24,732 bases of DNA from an uncultured Candidatus Bathyarchaeia archaeon (GTDB lineage: Archaea; Thermoproteota; Bathyarchaeia; Bathyarchaeales; Bathycorpusculaceae). This document shows, piece after piece, positions 1-9,058 of the stretch. How positions within the stretch are numbered: the stretch's first letter is position 1; each line of letters begins with the position of its first letter. The translations under genes and the position numbers were made by a program. The notes beneath the pieces are model-generated. The model was not told the origin of the DNA, did not search any database, and saw nothing but the letters and a program-made list of their open reading frames with translations. The stretch is from positions 1 through 24,732 of the forward strand of contig CAYGVV010000001.1 in the NCBI GenBank assembly GCA_964353395.1, read 5' to 3'.

Positions 1-1019
1 AACTTGACCTCAGAGAACTCCAGAAAACAGGCCGCATCGGAAGAATAGAAATCGACCTACACAGCAAAAACGACCGAACCACAGGAACCATAACCATACC
101 CACAAGCCTAGACCGCGTAAGCACCGCCCTAATCGCCGCCAGCGTCGAAAGCATCAACCGCGTAGGACCCTGCAGCGCCAAAGTGCTCCTAGACAAGATA
201 GAAGACATCCGAGAAGCACGAAGAAAAATTATCATTGACCGCGCCAAAGAAATCCTGCACAAGTGGAACATCGAATCCATGCCCAGCGTCGACGAAGTCT
301 ACAAAGAAATCAGCGACACCATGAAACTAGGCAAAGTCGAAAAATACGGACCAGAAGACTTACCCGCAGGACCAGCACTTGAAAGCTCAAAAGAAATAAT
401 CATCGTAGAAGGACGCGCAGACATCATAAACCTAATGCGCTGCGGCATACTCAACACCGTCGCGCTTGAAGGCGCCAAAGTCCCAGAAACAATAAAACGT
501 CTCACCAAAGAAAAAGAAGCCACTGCACTCTTAGACGGAGATCGTGGTGGTGACCTCATCCTCAAAGAACTTCTACAGGTGACAAGTATTCGCTACGTTG
601 GACGAGCACCACGAGGCAAAGAAATTGAAGAGTGCAACTGCAAAGAAGTCGCCGAAGCCATAGAAAACAGAATAGCCGTCTCCGACCTCTTCAAACCAAA
701 AAAGGCTGAACGACCAAAAATCGTGTATCCTGAAGCAATAGGCCAAGCCGCAAAGGCGCTGGTAGGTTCGCTTGAAGCCGTTCTTATGAATGAGAAGCTT
801 GAGCAAATGGAGCGATTGCCCGTCAGCCAACTTGCCGAGAGACTGCAGCAAACGACGGGTGTTGACACCCTGATTTTCGACGGCATAATCACCCAGCGAA
901 TAGTGGACATTGCCAGTGAAAAGAACATTAAGTGTATAATTGCTTCTCGTGTTTCTGAAGCAGTGAAGCCAGCGTTGAACGTTGAACTTGTGACTTTCCA
1001 AGATGTAGTGCAGAGTTAA
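1..1019 (+). CDS. dnaG: Archaeal DnaG-like primase / exosome-associated protein (5'-partial)
   Basis: Frame is open from nt 3 (LDLRELQKTGRIGRIEID...), so the GTG at 183 in the track is internal. TOPRIM motifs IIVEGRAD and LLDGDRGGDLI are present. Stop TAA at 1017-1019. Confidence 0.93.
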   Translation, partial: LDLRELQKTGRIGRIEIDLHSKNDRTTGTITIPTSLDRVSTALIAASVESINRVGPCSAKVLLDKIEDIREARRKIIIDRAKEILHKWNIESMPSVDEVYKEISDTMKLGKVEKYGPEDLPAGPALESSKEIIIVEGRADIINLMRCGILNTVALEGAKVPETIKRLTKEKEATALLDGDRGGDLILKELLQVTSIRYVGRAPRGKEIEECNCKEVAEAIENRIAVSDLFKPKKAERPKIVYPEAIGQAAKALVGSLEAVLMNEKLEQMERLPVSQLAERLQQTTGVDTLIFDGIITQRIVDIASEKNIKCIIASRVSEAVKPALNVELVTFQDVVQS

Positions 1020-1284
1020 GCGCCGATGAACTCCATCAGACTTATCTTTCCTTTCTTAAATGAGACGGAAGAATAAAATAGAAACATTGGCTTATCGCCT
1101 TGAATCCGGTTATCTTCCGGCTCTCACAAGACTTGGCTCTGAAAGTCAAAATGCGCATGGCGTCTATGATGATAATTGCACGTTAGTCTGAACGGGGTTT
1201 CAGTTAACTTCTGTTTTCCCCGAGATGACTTTAAATTAAATTCTGAGGCGCCGCAGTACGCCATCACCATCAGCTATTGCGCGA

Positions 1285-1980
1285 CTATCGGGTGGTTTCG
1301 AGCAGAATCCTCTTCAGGATAACTGCGCCATGCTTCATTTTCAGTTTTTTCTCGCCCAGCCTCTGCCGATATCTAATGGGCACTTCGACTGTTTTGAATC
1401 CTTTTCGCTCCACTTGATGGTTCAGTTCCACTTCGATGTCGAAACCTTTTGACTTCACCGTCCAATTTCTGAGAATTTCGGCACGTATAACCCGCAAACC
1501 AGTCAACGGATCGTTCAAGTCTACGTGGTTAAACAGGTTGTGAGCGAAAGCTAAAACTCTATTTCCGAAATAGAGCGAACTGCGCAAAGCCTTTCTATCT
1601 ATCTTCTGGCTGAATCTGTTTCCGCAAACCATGCCCACCTCTGGATTTCGCTCTAGTATTTCGATCATTTCAGGCACATGTTCTGCGGGGTAAGTGTAGT
1701 CTGCGTCGGTGAGAACAACATAATCCGCATTTGAGTTTATGGATTCAAGTGCCTTGGATATGGCGTCGCCTTTGCCGGTGCCATTTTGAAAAAGAATTTC
1801 TGCTCCGCAGTCCTTAGCGATTTCCACAGTTTTGTCGTGGCTGTGGCCGTCAATGACGAGAACGCGTTGAGTGTGCAGGTTTTCTGAGAGTTCAAGTATT
1901 GTTAAGCCTATGCCTGGTTCCTCGTTTAATGCTGCGATTACGACTTCAGTCGTGCAGTGTTCATGTGCTCCTCTTATCAT
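1285..1980 (-). CDS. Glycosyltransferase family 2 (dolichol-phosphate mannosyltransferase-like)
   Basis: GT2/DPM1-like motifs VVIAALNEE, VIDGHSHDKT, GKGDAI, DxD (TDADYTY), DPLTGLR and GFDIEVE. Confidence 0.9.
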   Translation of the reverse strand: MIRGAHEHCTTEVVIAALNEEPGIGLTILELSENLHTQRVLVIDGHSHDKTVEIAKDCGAEILFQNGTGKGDAISKALESINSNADYVVLTDADYTYPAEHVPEMIEILERNPEVGMVCGNRFSQKIDRKALRSSLYFGNRVLAFAHNLFNHVDLNDPLTGLRVIRAEILRNWTVKSKGFDIEVELNHQVERKGFKTVEVPIRYRQRLGEKKLKMKHGAVILKRILLETTR

Positions 1981-2206
1981 GATAATCCCTCAAATGTTTC
2001 CTTTTGTTGTTGTATGGTATCGTAGGTATCGCGAATACATTATAAGCGAGATTTCTGGAACCCTAACAAGTCGAAACTCGATACATTACATACAGAGTAT
2101 AAACACATGCGGAACGGTTTACAATGTGCAATGACAAACCAAAAGAAGCACAATTTACACCAAAAGGGCAAAAAATCGTCAACCCTGATTCAAAGCCAAG
2201 TTCAAC

Positions 2207-2240
2207 CTATATAAAAGGGAGGGGGTAGTCACCGAGAGCA
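2207..2240 (+). repeat. Dispersed TATA-like/G-tract/GAGCA motif, copy 1 (upstream of rubrerythrin)
   Basis: ctatataaaa-gggagggggtagtcaccga-gagca. Same layout and 19-nt spacer as the copies at 14443, 15556, 15627 and 16956(-). Confidence 0.65.
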
Positions 2241-2318
2241 CAACAGCAACCTCTATTAACGCAGGAATTGTTTTTATTTTCCGCTTCAGTTGCAATTAGT
2301 GTAAGGAGTATATGAGTT

Positions 2319-2891
2319 ATGGAGTTTAAAGGCAGCCAAACTGAAAAGAACCTCTTAGCTGCTTTCGCAGGAGAATCCCAAGCCAGAAACCGCTATACTT
2401 TCTTCGCCAACGCCGCCAAAAAGGAAGGCTACGAGCAAATAAGCGCCATCTTCCAAGAAACAGCTGATAACGAGAAAGAACACGCTGAACTCTTTTTTAA
2501 GCAACTCAAAGGCGGAATGGCAGAAATAACCGCGGCTTACCCAGCAGGCGTAATCGCTTCAACCGCGGAAAACCTGAAAGCCGCAGCAGACGGAGAAAAA
2601 TTTGAGTGGACAATGCTGTACCCTAACTTTGGAGACATCGCCGAACAAGAAGGCTTCAGCGCTGTAGCCCAAACGTTCCGTGCAGTCGCCAAAGTGGAAG
2701 CTTACCACGAACGCCGATACTTGAAACTGCTGGAAAACGTGAAACAGGACAAAGTCTTCAAGAAAGACGCGCCAGTCAAGTGGAAATGCAGAAACTGTGG
2801 CATGGTCATCGAAGGCAGCGAAGCACCAGTCGTTTGCCCAGTCTGCGGTCATCCGAGGAGCTACTTTGAGGTTTGGACAGAAAATTATTAG
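2319..2891 (+). CDS. rbr: Rubrerythrin (diiron domain + C-terminal rubredoxin domain)
   Basis: TEKNLLAAFAGESQARNRY; diiron ligand segments NEKEH, GEKFE, VEAYH; rubredoxin motifs CRNCG...CPVCG; SD-like GGAG at 2305-2308. Confidence 0.96.
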   Translation: MEFKGSQTEKNLLAAFAGESQARNRYTFFANAAKKEGYEQISAIFQETADNEKEHAELFFKQLKGGMAEITAAYPAGVIASTAENLKAAADGEKFEWTMLYPNFGDIAEQEGFSAVAQTFRAVAKVEAYHERRYLKLLENVKQDKVFKKDAPVKWKCRNCGMVIEGSEAPVVCPVCGHPRSYFEVWTENY

Positions 2892-2906
2892 CCCCCCACT
2901 TTTTTT
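2892..2906 (+). terminator. Probable archaeal oligo-T terminator of rbr
   Basis: cccccc-ac-TTTTTTT (T7 at 2900-2906) directly after the stop, between convergent genes. Confidence 0.55.
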
Positions 2907-2965
2907 CAGCAAGTATGCTGCATGCTCTTTCAATGGTGGAAGCAAAAACCTGTCTGTCCCTTGCG

Positions 2966-4132
2966 TCACGTGACTGTTTCGTTCCAGAAAATCAACTCAG
3001 TATAGCGACTTGCTATCGTATCCATTAATTCTGGGTCGTCGTAAACGATGTCTAAGCGAGAACCGTACTTCGCTACAAGTTTGTTCGCGTCGTCCCAAAC
3101 CTTAGAAGACAAGGCATCAGCGCTCCACAGTCCCAATATGCTATCTGTGGAACTTCGAAATCCAAAGCCGTAACCCTGAGGGAGAACATACGCCACATTT
3201 CCCTGATTAACCCCATAGTCTTGTGGGTGACTGCATATGTAGTCCCAAAAGTTCTTCAACGCTTCAAAATGCTCTTCAGTCAATATTCCGTACTGAGTTG
3301 AATTTGGATGATCAAAAATTACCACATATTTCGCTCCAGCATTGTATGCTAAAACCATATCGTCGTAAAGTTGAGAACCTGATTCCAAATAAGGCGGTTG
3401 TCGGTATGTCCAAGTGATTAAGGCACCCCAATCCTTGTTCTGAGCCCTAGCGGCACCTCTGCAAAGTGCGATATTCATTTGTCTGCTGTGGTTCCACCCA
3501 AATTCAGCGAAGACGCTGTTAAATCCAGCTTTATAGTCAAACCAATAGAGCGCGTAGTCTGCCGTGAATACGCCAGAGTACAGTTGCTCATGAAAGTACT
3601 CCAAGTGGCTTTGAAGGATTTCGGCATAATCTTCGGAGGCTCCCGTGTAGTTTTTCACTTCCGGAACAAAACTACTCGCATTGAGAAATCTGTTTGTCAC
3701 ATTGTCTAGCTCTTTTCCTCCTGGTTCGTCGATGCGGTACACCCCCAAGAATTTGCCACCGTATTTTTGCTGTGCGTCCCTGGTCCACAGGCGTGGAATA
3801 TAGGTGTAACTCGTGGTATTTGTGAAAAGAACGATAAAGTGTAACCCTGCATTATAGATGTAGTCACACGCCTCATTTAGCGCACTCTCGTCAAGGGATA
3901 TTTCAGGTAAGCCTATTATGAAGAGATTCGTGTAGTCCTTCACTTTATCCACTAAACCCTTCAAATTACTCAAAGTATCCTTTAAATCACTCAAATTGTT
4001 GCTGTAGGCAAATTCAACGCCAACAAGAAAACCGGAAGACTGTCTATCGCCAACTAACTCAATTGCCACAAAAAGAGATATGGAAACAAGTGCGATGAGT
4101 ATGATTGCCAATATTATCTTTCTTCGACTCAA
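2966..4132 (-). CDS. N-terminally membrane-anchored protein, putative (beta/alpha)8 glycoside-hydrolase-like fold
   Basis: 388 aa. Basic N-terminus plus hydrophobic helix (RRKIILAIILIALVSISLFVAI), alternating strand/helix pattern, YRIDEPGG (E136), VFAEFGW (E210), several N-x-S/T sequons. The CDS is well supported; the function is inferred. Confidence 0.7.
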   Translation of the reverse strand: MSRRKIILAIILIALVSISLFVAIELVGDRQSSGFLVGVEFAYSNNLSDLKDTLSNLKGLVDKVKDYTNLFIIGLPEISLDESALNEACDYIYNAGLHFIVLFTNTTSYTYIPRLWTRDAQQKYGGKFLGVYRIDEPGGKELDNVTNRFLNASSFVPEVKNYTGASEDYAEILQSHLEYFHEQLYSGVFTADYALYWFDYKAGFNSVFAEFGWNHSRQMNIALCRGAARAQNKDWGALITWTYRQPPYLESGSQLYDDMVLAYNAGAKYVVIFDHPNSTQYGILTEEHFEALKNFWDYICSHPQDYGVNQGNVAYVLPQGYGFGFRSSTDSILGLWSADALSSKVWDDANKLVAKYGSRLDIVYDDPELMDTIASRYTELIFWNETVT

Positions 4133-4313
4133 TTACTACTCAACCATCCCGCAGGATAGTCAATGTTAGGAATTCTTTTGCTAATAACATTTGTTGGTCT
4201 GTGGCAAAGAGCTAAGCCGTTCATCGCAGTCATTCAATGCTCAACTTAAACGTGCTGAGCAAAAAACTCTTGAGGCAACCTGCACAATAGATGTGGTCAA
4301 AGGCGGTTCACCA

Positions 4314-4814
4314 ATGTCGCTTGCGGATAAACCTTGGGTAATTCGGGAGCTCCTGAATTTTCCCTTCTTACCTACCCCACCAACTGTTATCGATACTGCT
4401 CTAAACCTTTTTCACCTCAAGGAAGACGAAGTTTTTGCGGATTTGGGCTGCGGAGAAGGAAATGTGCTGATTCGCGCAGCAGAAAGATTCAACGCTTTCT
4501 GCGTGGGCTTCGAAATCGACTATAGGCTCTTGCCTGAAGCGAAGAAAAACATCAAACAAGCAGGATTAAGCAGCAAGATAGACATTGTTTACGCGGACAT
4601 TTTCACTGTTGACCTTTCACGGTTCGACGTGCTTTACGTTTACCCTTTTCCCACAATCGCGCAAAGGCTTTCAGAAAAGATGCGGGAAGAATGCAGAAAA
4701 GGCGCCACCGTCTTAGTTCATGACTATTCTTTTCCCACGCTCAGGCTAGTCGAGACGGCTTACGTTCCCGTGAGCAGTATGCACGTGCACAAGATTTATG
4801 TCTACAGATTTTGA
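4314..4814 (+). CDS. Class I SAM-dependent methyltransferase (FAM173/archaeal lysine-methyltransferase-like)
   Basis: FLPTP, motif I FADLGCGEG, GFEID and DIF. ATG at 4314 (MSLADKPW) is preferred over the track's start at 4191. Confidence 0.82.
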   Translation: MSLADKPWVIRELLNFPFLPTPPTVIDTALNLFHLKEDEVFADLGCGEGNVLIRAAERFNAFCVGFEIDYRLLPEAKKNIKQAGLSSKIDIVYADIFTVDLSRFDVLYVYPFPTIAQRLSEKMREECRKGATVLVHDYSFPTLRLVETAYVPVSSMHVHKIYVYRF

Positions 4815-4845
4815 GCTTTTCGCAACTTCTTGTTTAAGCGCCTGT

Positions 4846-5304
4846 TCATCTGCTTCGCTTATAGAGCCCGACAAGCTCGCCCTTGGCAAGTATGTGTCCT
4901 TGCATGGCTTTCTCCAAATCCTTCTTCCTCGTCGCATTCGGGTTCAACGCAAGTTCCGTGTCCAAGGCGTAAACCTTGAAGAAATAGCTATGCGTACCTG
5001 AAGGGGGACACATTCCAAAGTATGATCGCTGCCCAGCACTGTTCAGTCCTTCAGTTCCTAGAACACTGTGCTCTTCAATCTTGCCGGTTGGAGGAATATT
5101 CCAGACAATCCAGTGGTCAAACGTGCCCCTTGGCGCGTCAGGATCATCAACGATCAAAACCAAAGTTTTCGTTCCCAGCGGCACATCGTTAATCGTCAAA
5201 GGCGGATTCACTTCGGCGCCGTCGCAACTGTACTTCACGGGAATGAGCTTGTTGTTCTCAAACGCTGAGCTTTTCACAGTTAGTTCTAGCATGAAGCTCA
5301 ACAT
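4846..5304 (-). CDS. YbhB/YbcL family PEBP (Raf kinase inhibitor-like) protein
   Basis: SSAFENN, YSCDGAEVNPPL, LIVDDPDAP, FDHW, CPPSGTH.YFFKVYALD. Alternative start ATG at 5292. Confidence 0.92.
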   Translation of the reverse strand: MLSFMLELTVKSSAFENNKLIPVKYSCDGAEVNPPLTINDVPLGTKTLVLIVDDPDAPRGTFDHWIVWNIPPTGKIEEHSVLGTEGLNSAGQRSYFGMCPPSGTHSYFFKVYALDTELALNPNATRKKDLEKAMQGHILAKGELVGLYKRSR

Positions 5305-5420
5305 GTATTATGCGCGTTCAAGCAAAAAAACTTATCTAACGCACGTTTCACGTCAAGTCAGGTTGCACAAAGGCTATTAAGTGAAACATTCAGAGTACGT
5401 TCAGGGAGGCAACTCCAAAC

Positions 5421-6209
5421 ATGTGTGGCATTTTCGGGTTTATTCTCAGAAAACCGTTATCCATAAACAGGGTTTTTCAGGTGCTTAAGAAACTGGAAGT
5501 CAGCCAGTACCCGGGTGAATCGCAGCCAGTTGGCGGGTATGGTGCAGGCGTAGCAGTCATGCTCAAGGATGGTGACATTATCGCCGAAAAAGTCGGGAAA
5601 ACCGCGGATTCTCCAGCAGCACAACTGGCTGAAGCAGTTAAAGCCAAGCTCACTGAGGCGTCAGTTTTGCTTGCGCATGTGCGTTTTCCAAGTCAGGATT
5701 TGCTGGGCACGGTACGGTTCAGGGAAGCCGCACAACCTTACGTTGAACACTTCGGGCCAGAGCTAACCATCGTTTCAGTGCATAATGGCAAAGTGGAAAA
5801 CTGCGCGGAACTCAAGGCTAAACTGAAGACCCATGTCTTTGAAAGCGAAAAAGTCGGCTTTGTCGATTCAGAGGTTATTCCGCATTACTTCAGAGAGATG
5901 CTGAACGAAACAGAAAACATGGATGCCGCAGTGTACGAGTTGCTGTCTTCCCTGAAAGGATCAAACGCTGCGGCGTTGCTGCAGGTTGACGCGGAAAACG
6001 CGTTCATGCACCTGATCCATAAAGGCAAAACAAGAGGCTTAACAGCATGGACCAACGACAGGAACGAAGTGATTTTCTGTTCCAGACCCGAACCAGTGCA
6101 GGATGAGCTTAAGTCGCTGCTTGCAGTAGGCAAATTCAAAGAGAAAGTCTCAATCAAATGGCAAGAAGATGCAGGGCTCAAACTCTCTTTCCCAGCAACC
6201 TTTGAATAG
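5421..6209 (+). CDS. Stand-alone class II (Ntn) glutamine amidotransferase domain protein
   Basis: N-terminal MCGIFG (Cys2 nucleophile), LAHVRF, VHNG and VDSE. Only 262 aa, with no synthetase or isomerase domain. Confidence 0.85.
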   Translation: MCGIFGFILRKPLSINRVFQVLKKLEVSQYPGESQPVGGYGAGVAVMLKDGDIIAEKVGKTADSPAAQLAEAVKAKLTEASVLLAHVRFPSQDLLGTVRFREAAQPYVEHFGPELTIVSVHNGKVENCAELKAKLKTHVFESEKVGFVDSEVIPHYFREMLNETENMDAAVYELLSSLKGSNAAALLQVDAENAFMHLIHKGKTRGLTAWTNDRNEVIFCSRPEPVQDELKSLLAVGKFKEKVSIKWQEDAGLKLSFPATFE

Positions 6210-6246
6210 CTAACGGACCCTGTGCTCTGTCACACAGCTTTTCGGT

Positions 6247-8025
6247 TCAAGTTGGAGGTGGAGGAGGGGGTGGCGGAGGCGTCTCAAATTGGGAAACTGG
6301 CTTCTTCTGCAGATCTGGCGTGGTGTACATCAAGAAGCCGCCGATTATCCTGAGCACAATCGCCACGATGAACAAGTAAACTCCGACAGTTAAGCCCCAG
6401 TTAACCGTAGTTACACCAACTACTGGCAACACAGAGTTGGTTGTGCCCAGAACAGGGCTCGCCGCTATCGTACGCATCATATCTCCAACCTGTGCTGGAA
6501 TGCTTTGACCTGGAAATAGCCCGTTCGCAAATGGCAAAAGCGCTGGCAGCTGGGAGATGAAGACTAAGACCAAGATTATGGGCAATATCGTAGCTATGAT
6601 GCCTATCCAGAGTTTTTTCCCCATTGTCTTGCCGCTTCTAACGCCTATTACATCAAGTGCTAAGAGGACGATGCCTGCGCCTATGATTATGGCGAAAGGT
6701 AGTTGTGTAGAGAACAAGGTCATGTATCCTGATGAGGCATCGGAACTGCCAATTCCCAGGAACATGTTTACAGTAACTCCGTGGACGCCGTCGATGGTCA
6801 TTAATGTGACGCCGCCTTGCTGCGCCAGTGGTCCAGTTTCAGACGAAGCCGTTATTGTGTACCATGGCACGAACAATGCTATTACAGTAACTATGATGGC
6901 TGCGATTCCCAGCATGAGTCCAATGCCGCCTCGCCCTTTGAGGAACCTGCTAACCATTAAGCCGCCTTTTCTATGAAGTTTAAAGATGCACCAGCCTTTC
7001 CAAGCCCCTCTAGCAACTATGTATATGATGAAGAAGAGTAAGAAGCTGGATACCAGCCACGCAAGAATAAAATAGTTGCCGTCAACCGACAAAGTGGACG
7101 CTAAATACGATTCTGGCTGTGCCCATCTCGTGCCGTCTTGGTTGAAAACTGGACCATACGGACCTGCTCTGCCTAAGGCTACGTCCTGTTCGGTTCCCCA
7201 GTACCCCCAGCGTCCCTTGAAGTCCAGCCAACTCTGACTGGCAGGGTGGTTTCCTTCTTCGCCCAGCATCACAATGTCAGTGGGCATTATGGTTATGGTT
7301 TTGCCGTCGCTTCCAACGACGTCGTTCTCTATTCCCATTTTGCCTTGATAAGAACGGAAGTAGTTGGCGTGGGATCCTTGTGCTACGTAAACAACTGGGT
7401 GATTGTCAACTTTTTCCACATCGCCCCAAGCAGCGTTTTGTCCAGCGCCGTGCTGTGAAAGCAAGACTGTCTGCGGATTCCAGGCGCTGTCGAGGAATAC
7501 TTCAATTACTTCGATGTCGCCTTGGTGATCATTTAATGGTCCATTGTTATATGCGTAGAAGAGCCAGTATTGAAGAACAGTCGAGGAATAACTGGTGATA
7601 ACGTGAACGTATGCTGTGTATCCGAGGCTGGCGGCGTTTGAGGAGTAATCAGCCGCTATGTTCTCGAAAGTTGCCAATTTATTGTCCAGAAATAGATCAT
7701 TAGAAGTGTAGGTTCCCAGATTATCTGGCGTAGGCGCTGAATCAACGACAGATGAAGTTCCAGACGTATCACGCTGTTTGAGAACGGAACTTTCAATGAT
7801 GTAGTTAACTGTGGTTGGGTAGAATTTTTCGCCTTGAGTGAAATGAAGAACAGGCGCAAACTGCGAAGCTAAGTCTTCGTTTGTTTGAGCTTTCACGGAA
7901 GGCTGCCACGCCAGAACAGCTAGGAGAATAATAGATAGAGCTCCAGCGAGGATAACCCAGTTGAAACGGTGAAGTCTGAAACGTGATTTTTTCAAAATGC
8001 GGATTCGCGATTTTTTGAGAGACAT
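6247..8025 (-). CDS. Membrane protein with Vps62-like extracellular domain, multi-TM C-terminal region and poly-Pro tail
   Basis: Signal/TM helix; LASQFAPVL...EKFYP; QYWLFYAYN...DHQGDIE; VYVAQGSHANYF; about 4-5 hydrophobic helices; ends in P9-T. Confidence 0.7.
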   Translation of the reverse strand: MSLKKSRIRILKKSRFRLHRFNWVILAGALSIILLAVLAWQPSVKAQTNEDLASQFAPVLHFTQGEKFYPTTVNYIIESSVLKQRDTSGTSSVVDSAPTPDNLGTYTSNDLFLDNKLATFENIAADYSSNAASLGYTAYVHVITSYSSTVLQYWLFYAYNNGPLNDHQGDIEVIEVFLDSAWNPQTVLLSQHGAGQNAAWGDVEKVDNHPVVYVAQGSHANYFRSYQGKMGIENDVVGSDGKTITIMPTDIVMLGEEGNHPASQSWLDFKGRWGYWGTEQDVALGRAGPYGPVFNQDGTRWAQPESYLASTLSVDGNYFILAWLVSSFLLFFIIYIVARGAWKGWCIFKLHRKGGLMVSRFLKGRGGIGLMLGIAAIIVTVIALFVPWYTITASSETGPLAQQGGVTLMTIDGVHGVTVNMFLGIGSSDASSGYMTLFSTQLPFAIIIGAGIVLLALDVIGVRSGKTMGKKLWIGIIATILPIILVLVFISQLPALLPFANGLFPGQSIPAQVGDMMRTIAASPVLGTTNSVLPVVGVTTVNWGLTVGVYLFIVAIVLRIIGGFLMYTTPDLQKKPVSQFETPPPPPPPPPT

Positions 8026-8161
8026 GTATAGTTACCCCTCACTCCCAAAAACACCTAATAGCGCATTTCACTAATAAATATATGCAAAAGGCAAGAACAC
8101 CTGAATTCTGGAGCAAGATTTATGAGAAAACAACCCAAGCCTAATAGTTGAGTGTTCAAGA

Positions 8162-8536
8162 ATGCGGTTGAAATCACTGGAAGAGAAATACCAAGTCAAC
8201 GCAGGCATTGAAGAGGCTCAGAGGCGAGTTCAAAAAGCGCTGGACGAATTAGGCTTAAAAAACGTAACCGTGAAGAAGCACGTGCCTCCCCGCTACTTGC
8301 TGGTTGAGTACAGTCCAGGCTGGGTGGGAAAAACTTTTGAAATAGAGTTCTTGTTTAAAGAAACCAAGACGGGCACTGAAGTGGCTGTCAAGTGGCCTTA
8401 CACGAAGGAACTTCCATCCAAAGATGAAACGCCCAGTGCATTTCGCAAGCAGCAAGAAGAAACAAGGCGGAAAACTGAGCGTCTCATCGAGGAGTTCAAA
8501 CGGAAAATCGGCGCAACAGACATAGCAGGCACCTAA
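8162..8536 (+). CDS. Hypothetical protein (124 aa)
   Basis: ATG start, protein-like composition, divergent from the 8025 gene across an AT-rich spacer. No recognised motif. Confidence 0.7.
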   Translation: MRLKSLEEKYQVNAGIEEAQRRVQKALDELGLKNVTVKKHVPPRYLLVEYSPGWVGKTFEIEFLFKETKTGTEVAVKWPYTKELPSKDETPSAFRKQQEETRRKTERLIEEFKRKIGATDIAGT

Positions 8537-8653
8537 GTGCAGAGACTGATGGTTTTCTTCAGGAACACATTCGTTAAGATAGCAAATTTTAAAATGTTAA
8601 ATTATTTATTCACAAAGAAGAATTTACACGCGAAAGAGAACGATGGCGACAAA

Positions 8654-8851
8654 TTATGTCGTCTGGTTTTCCTGCGCTTTCCACTCCACTATCGTGAGCT
8701 TTTTGTCTCCTTGCGTGAAGCTCACGTGCACATGCATGGAGTCGCCAACTTTAAGGGGGAACATGCTGTCTTCGGCTAAACCCACTGGGAGATAGATGAG
8801 GTATCTGCCTTGGGAATTCTTGAATAAACGCGCTTTTCCTTCGTTAACCAT
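8654..8851 (-). CDS. Small AbrB/SpoVT-like (swapped-hairpin) protein, 65 aa
   Basis: MVNEGKARLFKNSQGRYLIYLPVGLAEDSMFPLKVGDSMHVHVSF fits the beta-beta-xP-helix-LKxGD pattern. ATG at 8851 is preferred to the track start at 8947. Confidence 0.6.
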   Translation of the reverse strand: MVNEGKARLFKNSQGRYLIYLPVGLAEDSMFPLKVGDSMHVHVSFTQGDKKLTIVEWKAQENQTT

Positions 8852-9019
8852 CAACGTCACCTTAACCGTTCTGAGACCTACTGTTTGATGATTCACTAAT
8901 TTAAAACTTATCCCCTTCCGAGTCCAAGCTGAACCTGGGTAATCCAACAGTTTTCAAAGAGTGGTGAACGGGATTTGAACGGCATAAGAAGATGCCATAA
9001 TATCCTGAGAAAAAATTTA

Positions 9020-9058
9020 ATCCTATTTGCATCATTAAGTAGGATAATTCTTTTATGG
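9020..9058 (+). promoter_or_regulatory. Candidate vapBC promoter/operator
   Basis: ATCCTA (9020-9025) / TAGGAT (9040-9045) inverted repeat, followed by TATA-like TTTTAT about 35-40 nt before the vapB start. The repeat is short and could be chance. Confidence 0.3.

Noticed and set aside
1-560. Strong A/C-rich skew in the 5' part of dnaG
   Set aside because: The same A/C-ending codon preference appears in vapBC, PadR and the repair cluster, so it looks like genome codon style rather than a local signal.
299-1001. Antisense ORFs over dnaG, and similar shadow ORFs over rbr, GATase, the Vps62-like, ATL, HAD-kinase, rSAM and 541-aa genes
   Set aside because: They overlap well-supported genes on the other strand or frame and have no motifs.
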